Shown: positions 61,622 through 64,000 of the stretch, piece by piece
Layout of the letters: each line of letters opens with the position of its first letter
Numbering within the stretch: position 1 is the stretch's first letter
Assembly (NCBI GenBank): GCA_050950285.1
Contig: JBMNHG010000011.1
Span: forward strand, 1-64,000
Reading direction: 5' to 3'
Length of the DNA stretch: 64,000 nt
Source of the DNA: Kiritimatiellia bacterium
GTDB lineage: Bacteria > Verrucomicrobiota > Kiritimatiellia > RFP12 > JBMNHG01
Made by a program: the position numbers and the translations under genes
The notes under the pieces: generated by a model
Databases searched by the model: none
The model's input: only the letters and a program-made list of their open reading frames with translations
What the model was told of the DNA's origin: nothing

Positions 61622-64000
61622 TCAACGAATGATCAGGAGCGTCGCCGGCGCCGAGAGCGCAAACCTCATCGACGTGTCGGTTGCCCTCAGCGAAACGGAA
61701 AAATGGTTCGCCAAGTCCGGATCGACAACCGACGCCCGGAACAACGCCTTGGACGCCGCATCCGTGGAGGCATACGCGAAACACGTCCGCTCCTGCGCAG
61801 TCGCGTTGTCGGCGACCATCGCGAGCGGATCGCCTTCGAGCGCGAAGGCGCCGATGCCGGAGAACGCCGCCGCCCATTCGCCGCCTTCGGACTCGACGGT
61901 CAGATCGCCGCCGCCGAAATTGGCCGTGCCCGCAATCCGCGCGCCGTCCTTCAGGACGATCCGCCTCACGCCGCTCAAGTCGGCGTTGTCGAAGACGTTC
62001 GTTCCGCCGGCGACCACCAGCGTGCCGTCGCCCGTGATCGCGCCGGAAAACACCGCGTCGGGATCGACGCCGTTGAGCGTGAGAACGGAAAAACCGCTCA
62101 TGGCGATCCCGCCGGCGCCATCCAGCCCGCCGACCGTTTCGGCCGCATGGGCCATCGTGTAGTCGGCGGCGGGGCCCAGTTCCAGCACGCGGTCGTCGCG
62201 GAACGCATCAAAGGATTCCACGGCGGCGACGGCGGAAAGATCCACGGCTTTCTTGTAGAAGAACGTGTGCCCCATGTAAACGTTGCCGTTCCAGCTTCCA
62301 TAGAGGTCGGCCGAATCGATCGGATGGTACGTCGCGCCGTCGAACGACACGTCGAGCGTCCACTTGGTCACGCAACGCTTGAGCCCTTGCACGTTGTCGC
62401 CGCAGAACAGACGATACTGGTCGAAATCGACCGGCCCGCCCAGCTCGATCACGAAGGCGTACCCGTTCGCCACCGAAGCGGCGTCCAAGCCGCCCCAGGT
62501 GGCCATCGCACCTCCGACCGCCTTGTTGGCGTCGTACCCGTTCCACTCCTCGCTCGGCATTCGCGCGGTGGCGTCGATGAGCCCTGCGGCCGGCGTCTTC
62601 AGACCGTCCGCCCGGTAGGCGACCGTTCCGGCGGGCCACGGAACCTTCTCGCCGTTCTTGTTGATTTCAAGCTCGCTCAACTGAAGCATAACCCCCTCGC
62701 CCGCGCCCGAATTGCCCCCGCTGATTTCCGTCACCCGGATGCGGATGTACTGGAAAGCCCCCGTCGAGTCGAACGCGCCGGAGATGCGGTTGCCCTCGAA
62801 GGAGGGCAGCGTTTCGGCGCCGGGGAGCGGCCCCTGGACGTCGGCGTCGTGGTCGCGCGGCGGCCAACCGTACAAGGCCTGGAAATCGAACGTCTCGTAG
62901 TTCACGTTGACGACTTCCCACGTGATGCCGTCCAGGCTCGATTCGAGCGCCCATTTCCCGGCCCAGTAGGCGGGGTTGGGCGCATTGGAAAACGACGGCA
63001 CGCGGACGCCGAAGTAGTCAAACGTCGTCATGCCGTCGAGGGTCATGGTGAGGGCCGGGCTGTCGCGGACGCCGGTGCCGAACTCGTTCTGGATGTTGAC
63101 CTGGCAGTAGTTGTTCGTGGCGCCGTCGAGCAGGTTCCGGTACGTCGTGATTTCATGCGAATAGCCGTAGGCGTTCTGATCGCTGAGCGACCCGCCGGTG
63201 TAGTTCGTGGTCATGTAGCCATCGTAAAACCCATGCAGCACCGGCGGCACCGCGATGAACTCCCCGTCGAGCGAAAATTCGAGCTCGGCGGTTTGCGAAA
63301 CCTTTGTACTGGTTCCTGAAATCGGCGCATAGCGGATGAAGCGCGCCACCGTCGGCGCGGTTTCGGGATAGTCCACCGTCGCCCCGGCCCAATCGACGGT
63401 GCCATGCAAGGCGTTCGCGACCGGGTTTTCAAACCGATCGACGAGCGTCGGCATCCGGCGGCAGCGGATGTTCCCGCGCATGTCGAGGCTGAGCGGCGCC
63501 GCCGCGCTGTCGAAGGCGAGCGGCATCGCCGCCGGGTTCTCCGCCGTGCCGGCAAGCGTCCACGTGCGCGCGGCGCCCGTGTTGTAAAGGTAGAACGCGG
63601 TCGAGTTCGAGCGTGGCGCCGCTGGCGATCGACACCGAGGCGGACGCCGGGAAGACGGGAATCGGGTTCAGGCAGTTGACGGGATCCATGCGAGGGCCGT
63701 AGCCCCAAGTGCCATCGACCATGTCTCGTCCATAGCCTGCCGTGCAGAACGTCTCCTGGTCGTCAAAGCGGTACCAGTCAATACCCTCCGCGCCGTCCAC
63801 GCCCACGTCCACGCTGAACGCATACGGCGTGCGACCGGAGGAAATCGTCGCGGCGGCGATGCGGTAGCCGTCGAAGACGACGTTCGCCCCCATGTCGATC
63901 GTGACATAGACCGGCCAGTAGTTCACCGACCAGTCCGTCGCTTCGGAATGCCCCACGGTCAGGATTTTCGAAGCGTCCGTGTTGTCGGAGTTGACGGCGG
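61622..64000 (-). CDS. Partial large surface protein with discoidin/F5-8-like domains (start beyond window; frameshifts near 63500-63600)
   Basis: W.L..S.DG.TW/Y motifs, FQYIRIRVT..MLQLSEL, FSGAITGDGTLV; ends PATLLIIR*. Confidence 0.65.

Overview
GC-rich bacterial window; gene content and repeat style suggest Kiritimatiellae or a related PVC lineage, which is an inference. The left end holds a type I-G (I-U) CRISPR-Cas locus on the minus strand (csb1-csb2-cas3-cas8u2-cas4/1-cas2-leader-array of 24 repeats). The array trailer runs into a mosaic of REP-like palindromes, tandem duplications and orphan or variant CRISPR repeats. The rest is a patchwork of secreted or surface proteins and carbohydrate-active enzymes, plus an IS1634 element, a Dcm + DUF4928 island, an AAA ATPase with four operators, two copies of a MITE and several internally deleted gene remnants. 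Most notable observations: (1) a shared short C-terminal motif ([G/P/A]-[T/S]-four hydrophobic residues-R-stop) on several unrelated, mostly secreted proteins, a candidate sorting signal; (2) a group II intron domain V/VI-like sequence fused in frame in front of a signal peptide; (3) a MITE inserted in frame into a signal peptide; (4) long CRISPR spacers whose length shifts along the array; (5) CRISPR repeats carried inside REP-mosaic duplications. Many ORFs have single-base frameshifts that may be long-read errors, so pseudogene calls are tentative. Product calls rest on recognised motifs, not database searches.
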